Assembly: GCA_041602035.1 (NCBI GenBank)
Contig: JBFIHA010000001.1
Location: forward strand, 210,689-274,688
DNA length: 64,000 nucleotides
Origin: Gemmatimonadales bacterium
GTDB lineage: Bacteria; Gemmatimonadota; Gemmatimonadetes; Gemmatimonadales; GWC2-71-9
Direction of reading: 5' to 3'
The position numbers were made by a program, and so were the translations under genes. The notes under the pieces are model-generated. The model was not told the DNA's origin and made no database searches. It worked only from the letters and a program-made list of their open reading frames with translations. The first letter of the stretch is position 1. Each line of letters begins with the position of its first letter. Below, piece after piece: positions 26,657-34,329 of this stretch.

Positions 26657-27889
26657 CTAGTACCGCAGGCACTCTACCGGGTCAAGGCTCGCGGCCTTCC
26701 TGGCCGGAAACAACCCTGCCATGAGGCCGATGGCGCCCAGCAGCGACAGGGTGATCACGGCCACGAGTGGAGAGATGGTTGGCCTCCCGACGTATTCCTG
26801 CATCGGCACGAAGCTGAGCAGCCACACGAGGCCCCACGAGCCCGCAAACCCGAGGACGGCCCCGAGGCCGACGATCAGGAACGTCTCACCGATGAACTGC
26901 AGCAGGATGTCTCTTCGGGTCGCTCCAACGGAACGCTTGACGCCGATCTCACGGGTGCGCTCGCGGACCACGATGTACATGATGTTGGCGACCCCGATCC
27001 CGCCAACCGTGAGGGTGAAGGTCCCGACGATCGCGAAGAAGATGTGGAAGGCGAGGAACATGTAGCCGAAGCGAACCTCCCACTCGGCCGTGTCCCACAC
27101 GGCCAAGGCATCGTCGTCGTCCGGATCGAAGGAGTGTCGACGCCCGAGCACCTCGTAGACGCGACGCTCCACGCTCTTGGTGAGGGTGGCGTCGCGCACG
27201 CGGTACACGAAGTTACCGACGAAACGGTTGCCGAAGAGTGCCCGGTGCGTGGAGGCCGGGATGAAGACTCGGTCTTTGTCGCGCCCGTTGTACGAGGAGT
27301 TCTGTGTCTTGGGACGCATGACGCCCACCACGGTGAAGGGCGTCTCGCCGACGAAGATCTGCTGCCCGACCGGCGTCGTGTCGGCGAACAGAAGCGTTGC
27401 GAGTTCATCGCCCAGCACCGCCACGCGGCGGCGGTCGGCCAGGTCTTGGACATTGATGAATCGCCCGCCCATGTCGGCGATGATGTTGCGCATCTCGCCG
27501 TAGGCGGGGGTGATCCCTGTGATGTTGGGATTGGCGGTCCGGGTGCCGCGTCGCACCGGGGTGCTGCGGTTGGAGTATTCCGGACTCAGCATCACGATGT
27601 CCGGGATCTCCCGCTGCAGCAACGCACCGTCCTCCTCGCGCAGGTTGATGTACCGCCCCTCCGGAAATCCGCGGAAGCTGACGGTGGTGCGCCCCCCGAA
27701 GAGGATGACGATGCGATCACCAAGCCCGTGGAACCGTATGCGCGTCTGCCGCTCGAGCCCGACCCCAAATGCCAACAGGACCACGACGGCAATGGTACCC
27801 CAGGCGATGCCCAGCACGGTGAGCGCCGTGCGCAGGCGCTGCGCTCGGAGGTCGGCGGCGAACTCGCGCAGCAACGTGGTGAGCTGCAT
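26657..27889 (-). CDS. MacB-type ABC transporter permease (MacB_PCD + FtsX), no NBD
   Basis: MQLTTLLREFAADLRAQRLRTALTVLGIAWGT. It is a paralog of the downstream gene and shares IMYIVVRERTREIG. Confidence 0.8.
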   Translation of the reverse strand: MQLTTLLREFAADLRAQRLRTALTVLGIAWGTIAVVVLLAFGVGLERQTRIRFHGLGDRIVILFGGRTTVSFRGFPEGRYINLREEDGALLQREIPDIVMLSPEYSNRSTPVRRGTRTANPNITGITPAYGEMRNIIADMGGRFINVQDLADRRRVAVLGDELATLLFADTTPVGQQIFVGETPFTVVGVMRPKTQNSSYNGRDKDRVFIPASTHRALFGNRFVGNFVYRVRDATLTKSVERRVYEVLGRRHSFDPDDDDALAVWDTAEWEVRFGYMFLAFHIFFAIVGTFTLTVGGIGVANIMYIVVRERTREIGVKRSVGATRRDILLQFIGETFLIVGLGAVLGFAGSWGLVWLLSFVPMQEYVGRPTISPLVAVITLSLLGAIGLMAGLFPARKAASLDPVECLRY

Positions 27890-27895
27890 GGGAGG

Positions 27896-28993
27896 TTACG
27901 TGATCTCCCGCGGCGGCGGCTCCACGACTTGCTCGCCGTCCCGGAGGCCTTCGATGACCTCGAGATTGATGGCGTCGCTGAGGCCGCGCGTAATGACGCG
28001 GTCCTCGGTGGCGCCGTTCGGCAGCAGCACGGTGACCATGGCCGTATCGCCCGACACGCGCACCACTCGCTCCGGGATCACCAGCACGCTGTCCCGCCGA
28101 GCGATGATGACATCGGCGTTGGCCGAATAGCCCGCCCGAAGGGTAGTGCCGTACGTCTCCGTCAGCGCGATTTCGACCGGGAAGACGGTCGAATTGTCCT
28201 CAGTGCGCGCCTTGAGCGAGATCCGGCTGAGGCGGCCTTCGACGCGGGCGTCGGGGAGTGCGCCGATCTTGATCGTCACCGCCATCCCCTCGCGCAAGCG
28301 GCCCACGTCGATCTCGTCCACCGTCCCGCGGAACATCAGCTTGGTCATCTCGGCCATCGTCATCAGCACCGTTCCCTCTTGATAGGTGCTGAGCGGGACG
28401 ACCGGGTCGCCTACTTCGACGGTCTTCTCCAGAATGAACCCGGCAATTGGGGAGCGGATCACCGTTTCGATGGCGTCGTCCGCCACCGTGAGCTTGCCCT
28501 CTTCGAGGAGGGTGAGGCGCTCGCGGGCCATCTGCAGCTGGATGCGTCGTTCCGCGTACCGCTGTTCGGTCTCCTGATACTCGCGATCCGACACGAGCCC
28601 CTGCTCGTTGAGCGCGCGTTGACGCTCACGGTCCCGCGCGAGGTTGTCGAGCTCCACCTGCCGGAGCTCGAGTTGTCGCCTGGCATCGGCCAATTCGAGT
28701 GGTGTGGGGTTGGGCTTGATCTCCAGCAGCGGTTCGCCGGCGCGTACGAAATCCCCCTCATCGTGCAGCAGGCGCCGGACCACGCCCGAGATCTGGGACT
28801 TCACGCTGACCTCGATCTCGGGCTCGATGCGTCCGACCGCGAGGGCCTTGTCGACAATCGTCTCTCGGCTCACCGTCACCGTCCTGACGTCGTCCCCGCG
28901 GCCGCTCCCCCGGGAAACCCCGACGGCGACGGCCGAGGCGGCGACGGCGGTGACGCCAAGCGTCACGAGGATGAACTTGGTTCGGCGCGTCAT
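27896..28993 (-). CDS. efflux transporter periplasmic adaptor (membrane-fusion protein, HlyD/MacA family)
   Basis: Start at Met 28993, after a GAGGGA SD-like motif. The order is N-terminal anchor, coiled-coil hairpin (ELADARRQLELRQVELDNLARDRERQRAL), then beta-barrel domains. Confidence 0.85.
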   Translation of the reverse strand: MTRRTKFILVTLGVTAVAASAVAVGVSRGSGRGDDVRTVTVSRETIVDKALAVGRIEPEIEVSVKSQISGVVRRLLHDEGDFVRAGEPLLEIKPNPTPLELADARRQLELRQVELDNLARDRERQRALNEQGLVSDREYQETEQRYAERRIQLQMARERLTLLEEGKLTVADDAIETVIRSPIAGFILEKTVEVGDPVVPLSTYQEGTVLMTMAEMTKLMFRGTVDEIDVGRLREGMAVTIKIGALPDARVEGRLSRISLKARTEDNSTVFPVEIALTETYGTTLRAGYSANADVIIARRDSVLVIPERVVRVSGDTAMVTVLLPNGATEDRVITRGLSDAINLEVIEGLRDGEQVVEPPPREIT

Positions 28994-29140
28994 GGGCAGA
29001 TCCCTCGGGCGTGCGGCGCCACCCGCGTCGTGGTCGGTGTGAGGCGGCAAGTGGGGCGTCGTTCCACTTTGTGACAGCTGACCCTACGACGCCCGGCCGG
29101 AGGGAGTTTCAGCCACCCCGATCGCTGTATATTGGCCGAG

Positions 29141-29611
29141 ATGACATCAACACCGCCACCACGAGTGACGATCCGTCCGGCTCGCCCGGAAGAACTGCCG
29201 GCGGTCGAGGACCTCTTGCGTCGCGTGCGTCTCCCGGTCGACGGAATCGCCGGACTGACGGGACTGGTGACCGTGGCGGATGCCGGCGGGCGGGTCGTGG
29301 GATCCGCCGCGTTGGAGCCGTATGATCCCGCCGGTTTGCTGCGGTCGGTGGCCGTGGAGCCCACGTATCAGGGACAGGGACTCGGGGTCGAGCTGACCGA
29401 CGCCACCCTCGGATTGGCGCGCCGCCGCCGGATGCAGCGGGTGTACCTGCTTACGGAGACCGCGTCGACCTTCTTCCCACGCTTCGGATTTCGCGTGGTT
29501 GCCCGCGGAGAGGTGGATCCCGCTGTGCGGGAATCGGCGGAGTTCACCCGGCTGTGTCCGGACACCGCCGTGGCGATGGTGCTGGATCTGACAGCCGACG
29601 CGTCCCCATGA
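29141..29611 (+). CDS. GNAT-family N-acetyltransferase (ArsN2 / amino-acid acetyltransferase-like)
   Basis: Acetyl-CoA motif SVAVEPTYQGQGLGVEL. The C-terminal FFPRFGF is typical of the ArsN2-like subgroup. Confidence 0.75.
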   Translation: MTSTPPPRVTIRPARPEELPAVEDLLRRVRLPVDGIAGLTGLVTVADAGGRVVGSAALEPYDPAGLLRSVAVEPTYQGQGLGVELTDATLGLARRRRMQRVYLLTETASTFFPRFGFRVVARGEVDPAVRESAEFTRLCPDTAVAMVLDLTADASP

Positions 29612-29615
29612 AGAA

Positions 29616-29639
29616 AGGCCCCGGCATCAGCCGGGGCCT
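29616..29639. terminator. bidirectional stem-loop terminator between convergent genes
   Basis: Perfect 10-bp GC-rich stem AGGCCCCGGC / GCCGGGGCCT with loop ATCA. It lies between the GNAT stop (29611) and the ferredoxin stop (29664). Confidence 0.6.
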
Positions 29640-29663
29640 CCCTGCACTCGACTGGCCCGGCCG

Positions 29664-29936
29664 TCAGCTGCTCCGCCCCTGGGCCACCTGACGCTCGTCG
29701 CCGGTCTCGAAGTACTCCCGATTCTTTGCCGTAAAGGTGTGCCACTCCTCCGGCACGTCCTCCTCTGGGAAGATGGCGTTCACCGGGCATTCCGGCTCGC
29801 AGGCCCCGCAGTCGATGCACTCGTCGGGGTGGATATAGAGCTGATCCTCACCCTCGTAGATGCAGTCTACGGGGCAAACATCGACGCACCCGCGATCCAA
29901 CGTGCCGATGCAAGGCTCGGCGATGATATAGGTCAT
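29664..29936 (-). CDS. fdxA: 7Fe-type ferredoxin (3Fe-4S + 4Fe-4S)
   Basis: Start at the internal Met [22 protein letters not shown], followed by [12 protein letters not shown]. Confidence 0.9.
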   Translation of the reverse strand: MTYIIAEPCIGTLDRGCVDVCPVDCIYEGEDQLYIHPDECIDCGACEPECPVNAIFPEEDVPEEWHTFTAKNREYFETGDERQVAQGRSS

Positions 29937-30054
29937 TCGTGAGACTCTCCGGGATAAAAAGTGCAAACCGGGGACGCGTGCAATCTTGATGGGCATTGGT
30001 GACACTGTCAAGCGGCTTGCGATCCAGCGGCCATCAAGCTAGCCATCGTGCAGC

Positions 30055-30984
30055 ATGCGCGTTGCCTCGCTTCTCGCCACCGGCACCGAGATCGTGTACG
30101 CCCTCGGGATGGGCACGGCCCTGGTCGCGATTTCGCACGAGTGTGATTATCCCCCTGAGGCTCGCACCAAGCCGCGACTCAGCCGTCCGCGGTTCGACCC
30201 CACCGGTCGCAGCAGCGGCGAGATCGACCGGTTGGTGCGGGACACCATGAGGCGGGACGGGAGCGTATACGAAGTGGACACGGCGCGCCTCCGTAATCTA
30301 TCGCCCAATGTGCTGCTTGCTCAGGCAGTGTGCGACGTGTGTGCGGTACCCACCTCGTTGGCGGACGAAGCGGCGCGGTCGCTCGGGGACACGGCGCGCG
30401 TGATCTCCCTGGACGCCCACTCGGTCGCTGACATCGTGGCGAGCATCCAACTGGTCGGGGAAGCGCTCGGCGTCAGCGAACGGGCGGACACGCTGATTGC
30501 CGAGATGGGGGAGCGGGTTGCCGCCGTTGAGGCGAGCCTTGCCGGTGCACCGCGGCCAACGGTGTTGGCGCTCGAGTGGCTCGATCCGCCCTTCCTCCCA
30601 GGGCATTGGACGCCCGAGATGATCGAGCTCGCGGGGGGGGTACCGCTCGAGGCCACGGCGGGTGCCCCCTCACGGGCGGTAGCGTGGGGAGACCTCGCAT
30701 CGCTCGACCCGGACGTGCTGCTGGTCGTTCCCTGCGGCTACGACCTCGACGTGGCCCGCCGAGATGCGGATCGATACGCGACGCGGCTCGCGGAAGTCGC
30801 GGGTCGAGCGGTGCATGCTGGCCGCGCGTTCGTGGCGGACGGGTCGGCGTATTTCAATCGATCGGGACCTCGGGTCGTCGATGGTATCGAGCTTCTCGCA
30901 GCGCTGCTTCATCCGGGACGATTCCGAGGCATGGAGCTTGATGGTCGGGCCGAACGCTGGCTGCCCGGTCACGAGCGCCAATAG
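30055..30984 (+). CDS. periplasmic-binding-protein-fold (BtuF/FhuD class) cobalamin/siderophore-binding-like protein without signal peptide
   Basis: MRVASLLATGTEIVYALGMGTALVAISHECDYP is typical of the PF01497-type cluster. No N-terminal hydrophobic signal is visible. Confidence 0.6.
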   Translation: MRVASLLATGTEIVYALGMGTALVAISHECDYPPEARTKPRLSRPRFDPTGRSSGEIDRLVRDTMRRDGSVYEVDTARLRNLSPNVLLAQAVCDVCAVPTSLADEAARSLGDTARVISLDAHSVADIVASIQLVGEALGVSERADTLIAEMGERVAAVEASLAGAPRPTVLALEWLDPPFLPGHWTPEMIELAGGVPLEATAGAPSRAVAWGDLASLDPDVLLVVPCGYDLDVARRDADRYATRLAEVAGRAVHAGRAFVADGSAYFNRSGPRVVDGIELLAALLHPGRFRGMELDGRAERWLPGHERQ

Positions 30985-31011
30985 CGCGTCTTTCACCTCA
31001 AGGAGCTGGCA

Positions 31012-31428
31012 GTGCGATACAGTCCATTACTCGTCCAACCGATGCGCGACGACCTCACACGACTCGGATTCGAGGAACTCCTCACGCCGGAACAGGTGGA
31101 TGAGGTCCTCGGGGCGGAGAAGCATCCGATGCTGGTCGTGGTCAACTCGGTATGCGGCTGCGCCGCCGGGAAAGCCCGCCCCGGTGTGGCGCTCGCGATG
31201 CGACACGCGAAGACACCACGCAGACTCGTGACGGTGTTTGCCGGCATGGACATCGAGGCAACCGAGCGCGCCCGGTCCTACTTCACGGGATATGCCCCGT
31301 CATCGCCACAGATTGCGCTGTTCGCCGGCGGTGAGCTCGTCCACATGCTCGAGCGCAGGGACATCGAGGGACGGGAGGCCGACGCGATTGCGGCCGACCT
31401 GCAGATGGCGTTTGACAAGCACTGCTGA
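31012..31428 (+). CDS. bacilliredoxin (BrxA/B, YphP/YqiW family, DUF1094)
   Basis: VVVNSVCGCAAG contains the CGC redox motif, and family similarity runs over the whole 138 aa. The start is a GTG after an AGGAG. Confidence 0.8.
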   Translation: MRYSPLLVQPMRDDLTRLGFEELLTPEQVDEVLGAEKHPMLVVVNSVCGCAAGKARPGVALAMRHAKTPRRLVTVFAGMDIEATERARSYFTGYAPSSPQIALFAGGELVHMLERRDIEGREADAIAADLQMAFDKHC

Positions 31429-31458
31429 TAGGGGCTCCGGGCGCCGACCGAGGCCCAG

Positions 31459-32181
31459 ATGATTCTGCTCGAGCCGGCCGCGCTTCCCATCGTCGGACAC
31501 CGAGGGGCTGCCGCTGACCATCCGGAAAACACGCTGCTCTCGTTTGATGAGGCTTTGGGGCAGGGCGCGGACGCGCTCGAGCTTGACGTCCGCGTCTCTG
31601 CCGACGGGCAGGCCGTGGTCATCCACGATGCGACCGTCGACCGAACCACGAGCGGCTCTGGTTTGGTGTCAGCGTTCACGGTGGCGCAGCTCCGCGCCTT
31701 GGATGCCGGTGCGGGACAGCCCGTGCCCACCCTCGATGATGTGTTGGCCCGCTACCCCGACACGCCGCTCATTCTGGAAGTGAAAGAAGAGGCGGTGGCT
31801 GCCGCCGCGGCAGCGACACTCCTGCGACACGGTGCCGCCAACCGAGTGCTCGTGGGGTCATTCGTACACGCTGCCCTCCGGCCATTCAGGAGGGGGTTCT
31901 ATGTGTCGGCGTCCCGCCGCGAGACCGCCATGAGCTGGGTGGCGGCGAGAGTCGGAGCATCGGTGCCCGGTCTGGGCGTGCACGCCTTCACGGTGCCAGA
32001 AATGCACGGCAGGCTTCGAGTCGTCGACGAGGCGTTCGTCCGGGCGTCGCGGCGCCGTGGCCGTCCGGTCCACGTGTGGACGATCGACGAACCCGACCGG
32101 GCCAGAAGGCTGCGCGGACTCGGCGTGGCTGGTATCATTACCAATCGTCCCTCGTTCTTGCGCGCGGCGCTCACAGGGTAG
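31459..32181 (+). CDS. glycerophosphodiester phosphodiesterase
   Basis: GHRGAAADHPENTLLSFDEAL, LELDVRVSADGQAVVIHD and TNRP motifs. Confidence 0.85.
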   Translation: MILLEPAALPIVGHRGAAADHPENTLLSFDEALGQGADALELDVRVSADGQAVVIHDATVDRTTSGSGLVSAFTVAQLRALDAGAGQPVPTLDDVLARYPDTPLILEVKEEAVAAAAAATLLRHGAANRVLVGSFVHAALRPFRRGFYVSASRRETAMSWVAARVGASVPGLGVHAFTVPEMHGRLRVVDEAFVRASRRRGRPVHVWTIDEPDRARRLRGLGVAGIITNRPSFLRAALTG

Positions 32182-32342
32182 AGAACCTCCCATGACCGCA
32201 TCACCTACGACGTCGCCTGCCGACGCCGCGGCCATCGCGGCTCTCCTCGGCGCGGTCGGGATGCTGGCCGCCCCCGCGCAGCGGCCACCAGCGTGCCCCG
32301 CGGGCCGCTGAGGAGGGCGACACGTCTCTCACCGATCTCATC

Positions 32343-33137
32343 TTGGTCGTCACGGCGGTGGTTTCAGCCGTCATGCTGTTGCTCATTCGGTTCGGGCGGC
32401 GCCTGCCCACCCACGCGGACTTCCGTCAGCTTGCCACTCGCGTGGAGAAGGCGCTGCCGCCTGACCAGCCGACGGCAGAGCTGGTTGCCGCCTGGGTGCA
32501 ATTCCTGCGTGACCACGTCCATCAGTCGTCCAGCGCGCTCAACAACCGTCTGAGCGCCATCGTGCTTGCCATCGAGGCGCTCGAGCGGGGAGGGCTCTCC
32601 GATGAGCAGAGGGCCTCCATCGAGACCGTCAGGAGAGAGATCGACCGGGCGGCCAACATCACGGGCTCCCTGGTCCATCGCGCCTCCTCGGATGCCGTCG
32701 ACCAGCCACCCCCGGCCTGGCACGTACTGCAGGACGCGGTGCCGCGCCCGGCGCGGATCCTGGTGGTCGACGCGGACGAGAGCAACCGCGTCGCCGTCAC
32801 GAGACTTCTGAGGAGTCTTGGCCACCAAGTGACGGCCGTTCCCGGCGGGCGGGAGGCGTGGGACGAGCTCAGTCGGGAGCCGGTCGATTGCATCCTCTGC
32901 GATCCCCGTATGCCCGTGCTGGGTGGCCGAGCGCTCTACGAGCAGGTGACGGAACGCATGCCGCCGCTGGCTCGGCGGTTCGTGTTCGTGACCGGCGACT
33001 ACGCCACCGCCGAGTCGCACGCGTTTCTGGAGAGCACCGGACAGCCGGTGATCGGCAAACCCTACAAGGTGGAAGACCTTCTCGCCGGCGTGGCTACCGT
33101 GCTTCAGCTCGCCGGTGTCGTGGAGCGCGACGGGTAG
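32343..33137 (+). CDS. membrane-anchored DHp-like + receiver (REC) protein lacking a kinase catalytic domain
   Basis: N-terminal TM helix (VVTAVVSAVMLLLI). A HisKA-like helix pair follows (SSALNNRLSAIVLAIEAL...IETVRREIDRAANITGSLV). The REC domain has ILVVDADE, ILCDPRMP and IGKPY. The start codon is uncertain. Confidence 0.65.
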   Translation: MVVTAVVSAVMLLLIRFGRRLPTHADFRQLATRVEKALPPDQPTAELVAAWVQFLRDHVHQSSSALNNRLSAIVLAIEALERGGLSDEQRASIETVRREIDRAANITGSLVHRASSDAVDQPPPAWHVLQDAVPRPARILVVDADESNRVAVTRLLRSLGHQVTAVPGGREAWDELSREPVDCILCDPRMPVLGGRALYEQVTERMPPLARRFVFVTGDYATAESHAFLESTGQPVIGKPYKVEDLLAGVATVLQLAGVVERDG

Positions 33138-33176
33138 TACGGCTCCCTGTCCTGCGGCTGCTCGTTCGCCGCGTCG

Positions 33177-34292
33177 TCATCGCACGAGGGCGCGCATCGC
33201 GGTCGTCAATAGGGTGAGGGCGGCCTCCAATTCGGTCCGGTCCCCGCCGAACCCCAGTCGCAAATGCCCCGGCAAGCCGAAATGATCGCCTGGAACGAGG
33301 AGGATGTCATAGTCGGCGCGGATGCGCTCGACGAGGTCAGGAGCCGTCATGGGGTGGTCGTACCGGAGCAGCGTGATCGCTCCGCACGCCGGCTTGCGCC
33401 AGTCGAAGAGATCGCCGAATCCCTCCAGCCATGATGCCAGGATCGGGTAGTTGGCGTTGAGGATGGTGCGGGTCCGTTCCAGAATCGCCTGGCGCGAGCG
33501 CAGCGCGAGGGTCGCGAGGCGATCGCTGGCTGGACCCCCACCTATCACCGTATAGTCGTGGCGCCGCAGGAGCGCGTCCTTGCACTCCGGCGAGGTGACC
33601 AGCCAGCCGATGCGGAGGCCCGGCAAGCCATAGGCCTTCGAGAGGCCGCTGACGACGATGGTTCGGTCGTGCGATCCCCAAAACGAAGGCGTGATCTGGC
33701 CGCGCAGCTCGGCTCCCTGATACACCTCGTCGACGAGGAGCCACGCGCCCACCTCGCGGCTCCGGTCCACGATGGCCTGGCGTCCCTCGTCCGAGAGCAC
33801 CTGCCCCGTAGGATTGTTGGGATTGGTCACGACCACCAGCTTGGTGCCCGGCGTGATCGCCCGCTCGACATCGGCCGGATCGAGCGTCCAATCGTGATCC
33901 GGCCGCAAGCGGAATTCGCTGACTGTCGCGCCGAAGTTCCGCACCAACCCGGGGATCTGCATGTAGGTGGGGGTGAGCACGGCCACGTGGTCACCCGGCT
34001 CGAGCAGGGTCCAGCAGGCGATGAAGTTGGCCTCGGCGCTCCCGATTGTGACCGTCACATTCTCTGGATCGGCGCCGCCATAGATCGCCCCGATCGCGGT
34101 CCGTAGCTCCCGGGTTCCGTCGGACTGTCCGTACCCCATCCGGGCCTGCAGGAAGTCCTCGGCCGACTCGCCGGCCATTGTCAGCACCTCGTCGATCGTC
34201 AACGCCCGAACGCCGCTCTCCGACAGGTTGTAGCGGACGCGGTGCTCCCAGGTACTCTGCCAGCGCTCCAGCTCGAACGTGATGAACGCCAT
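33177..34292 (-). CDS. class I/II PLP-dependent aminotransferase
   Basis: The PLP-lysine box is in SGLSKAYGLPGLRIGW, and the N-terminus is YNLSESG. 371 aa. Confidence 0.8.
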   Translation of the reverse strand: MAFITFELERWQSTWEHRVRYNLSESGVRALTIDEVLTMAGESAEDFLQARMGYGQSDGTRELRTAIGAIYGGADPENVTVTIGSAEANFIACWTLLEPGDHVAVLTPTYMQIPGLVRNFGATVSEFRLRPDHDWTLDPADVERAITPGTKLVVVTNPNNPTGQVLSDEGRQAIVDRSREVGAWLLVDEVYQGAELRGQITPSFWGSHDRTIVVSGLSKAYGLPGLRIGWLVTSPECKDALLRRHDYTVIGGGPASDRLATLALRSRQAILERTRTILNANYPILASWLEGFGDLFDWRKPACGAITLLRYDHPMTAPDLVERIRADYDILLVPGDHFGLPGHLRLGFGGDRTELEAALTLLTTAMRALVR

Positions 34293-34329
34293 CGATCAAG
34301 TCCTCCTGAGCGTCGATGGATCGGCCGAC

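Noticed and set aside
27044-29074. 676-aa ORF on the plus strand
   Set aside because: It is antisense to the MacB-type permease and the membrane-fusion protein, both of which have clear family signatures. The ORF itself is Arg/Asp/His/Gly-rich with no motifs.
29937-30054. Possible cobalamin riboswitch upstream of the BtuF-like gene
   Set aside because: The leader is only about 118 nt, which is too short for the class. I cannot find a B12-box-like element or the expected multi-stem architecture.
32192-32311. 39-codon ORF (MTASPTTSPADAAAIAALLGAVGMLAAP...) just upstream of the DHp-REC gene, considered as a frameshifted N-terminus or a small membrane protein
   Set aside because: I cannot support either reading from sequence alone. 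There is no clear SD motif, and Ala/Pro-rich composition is expected by chance at this GC content. I noted it under the DHp-REC finding instead.
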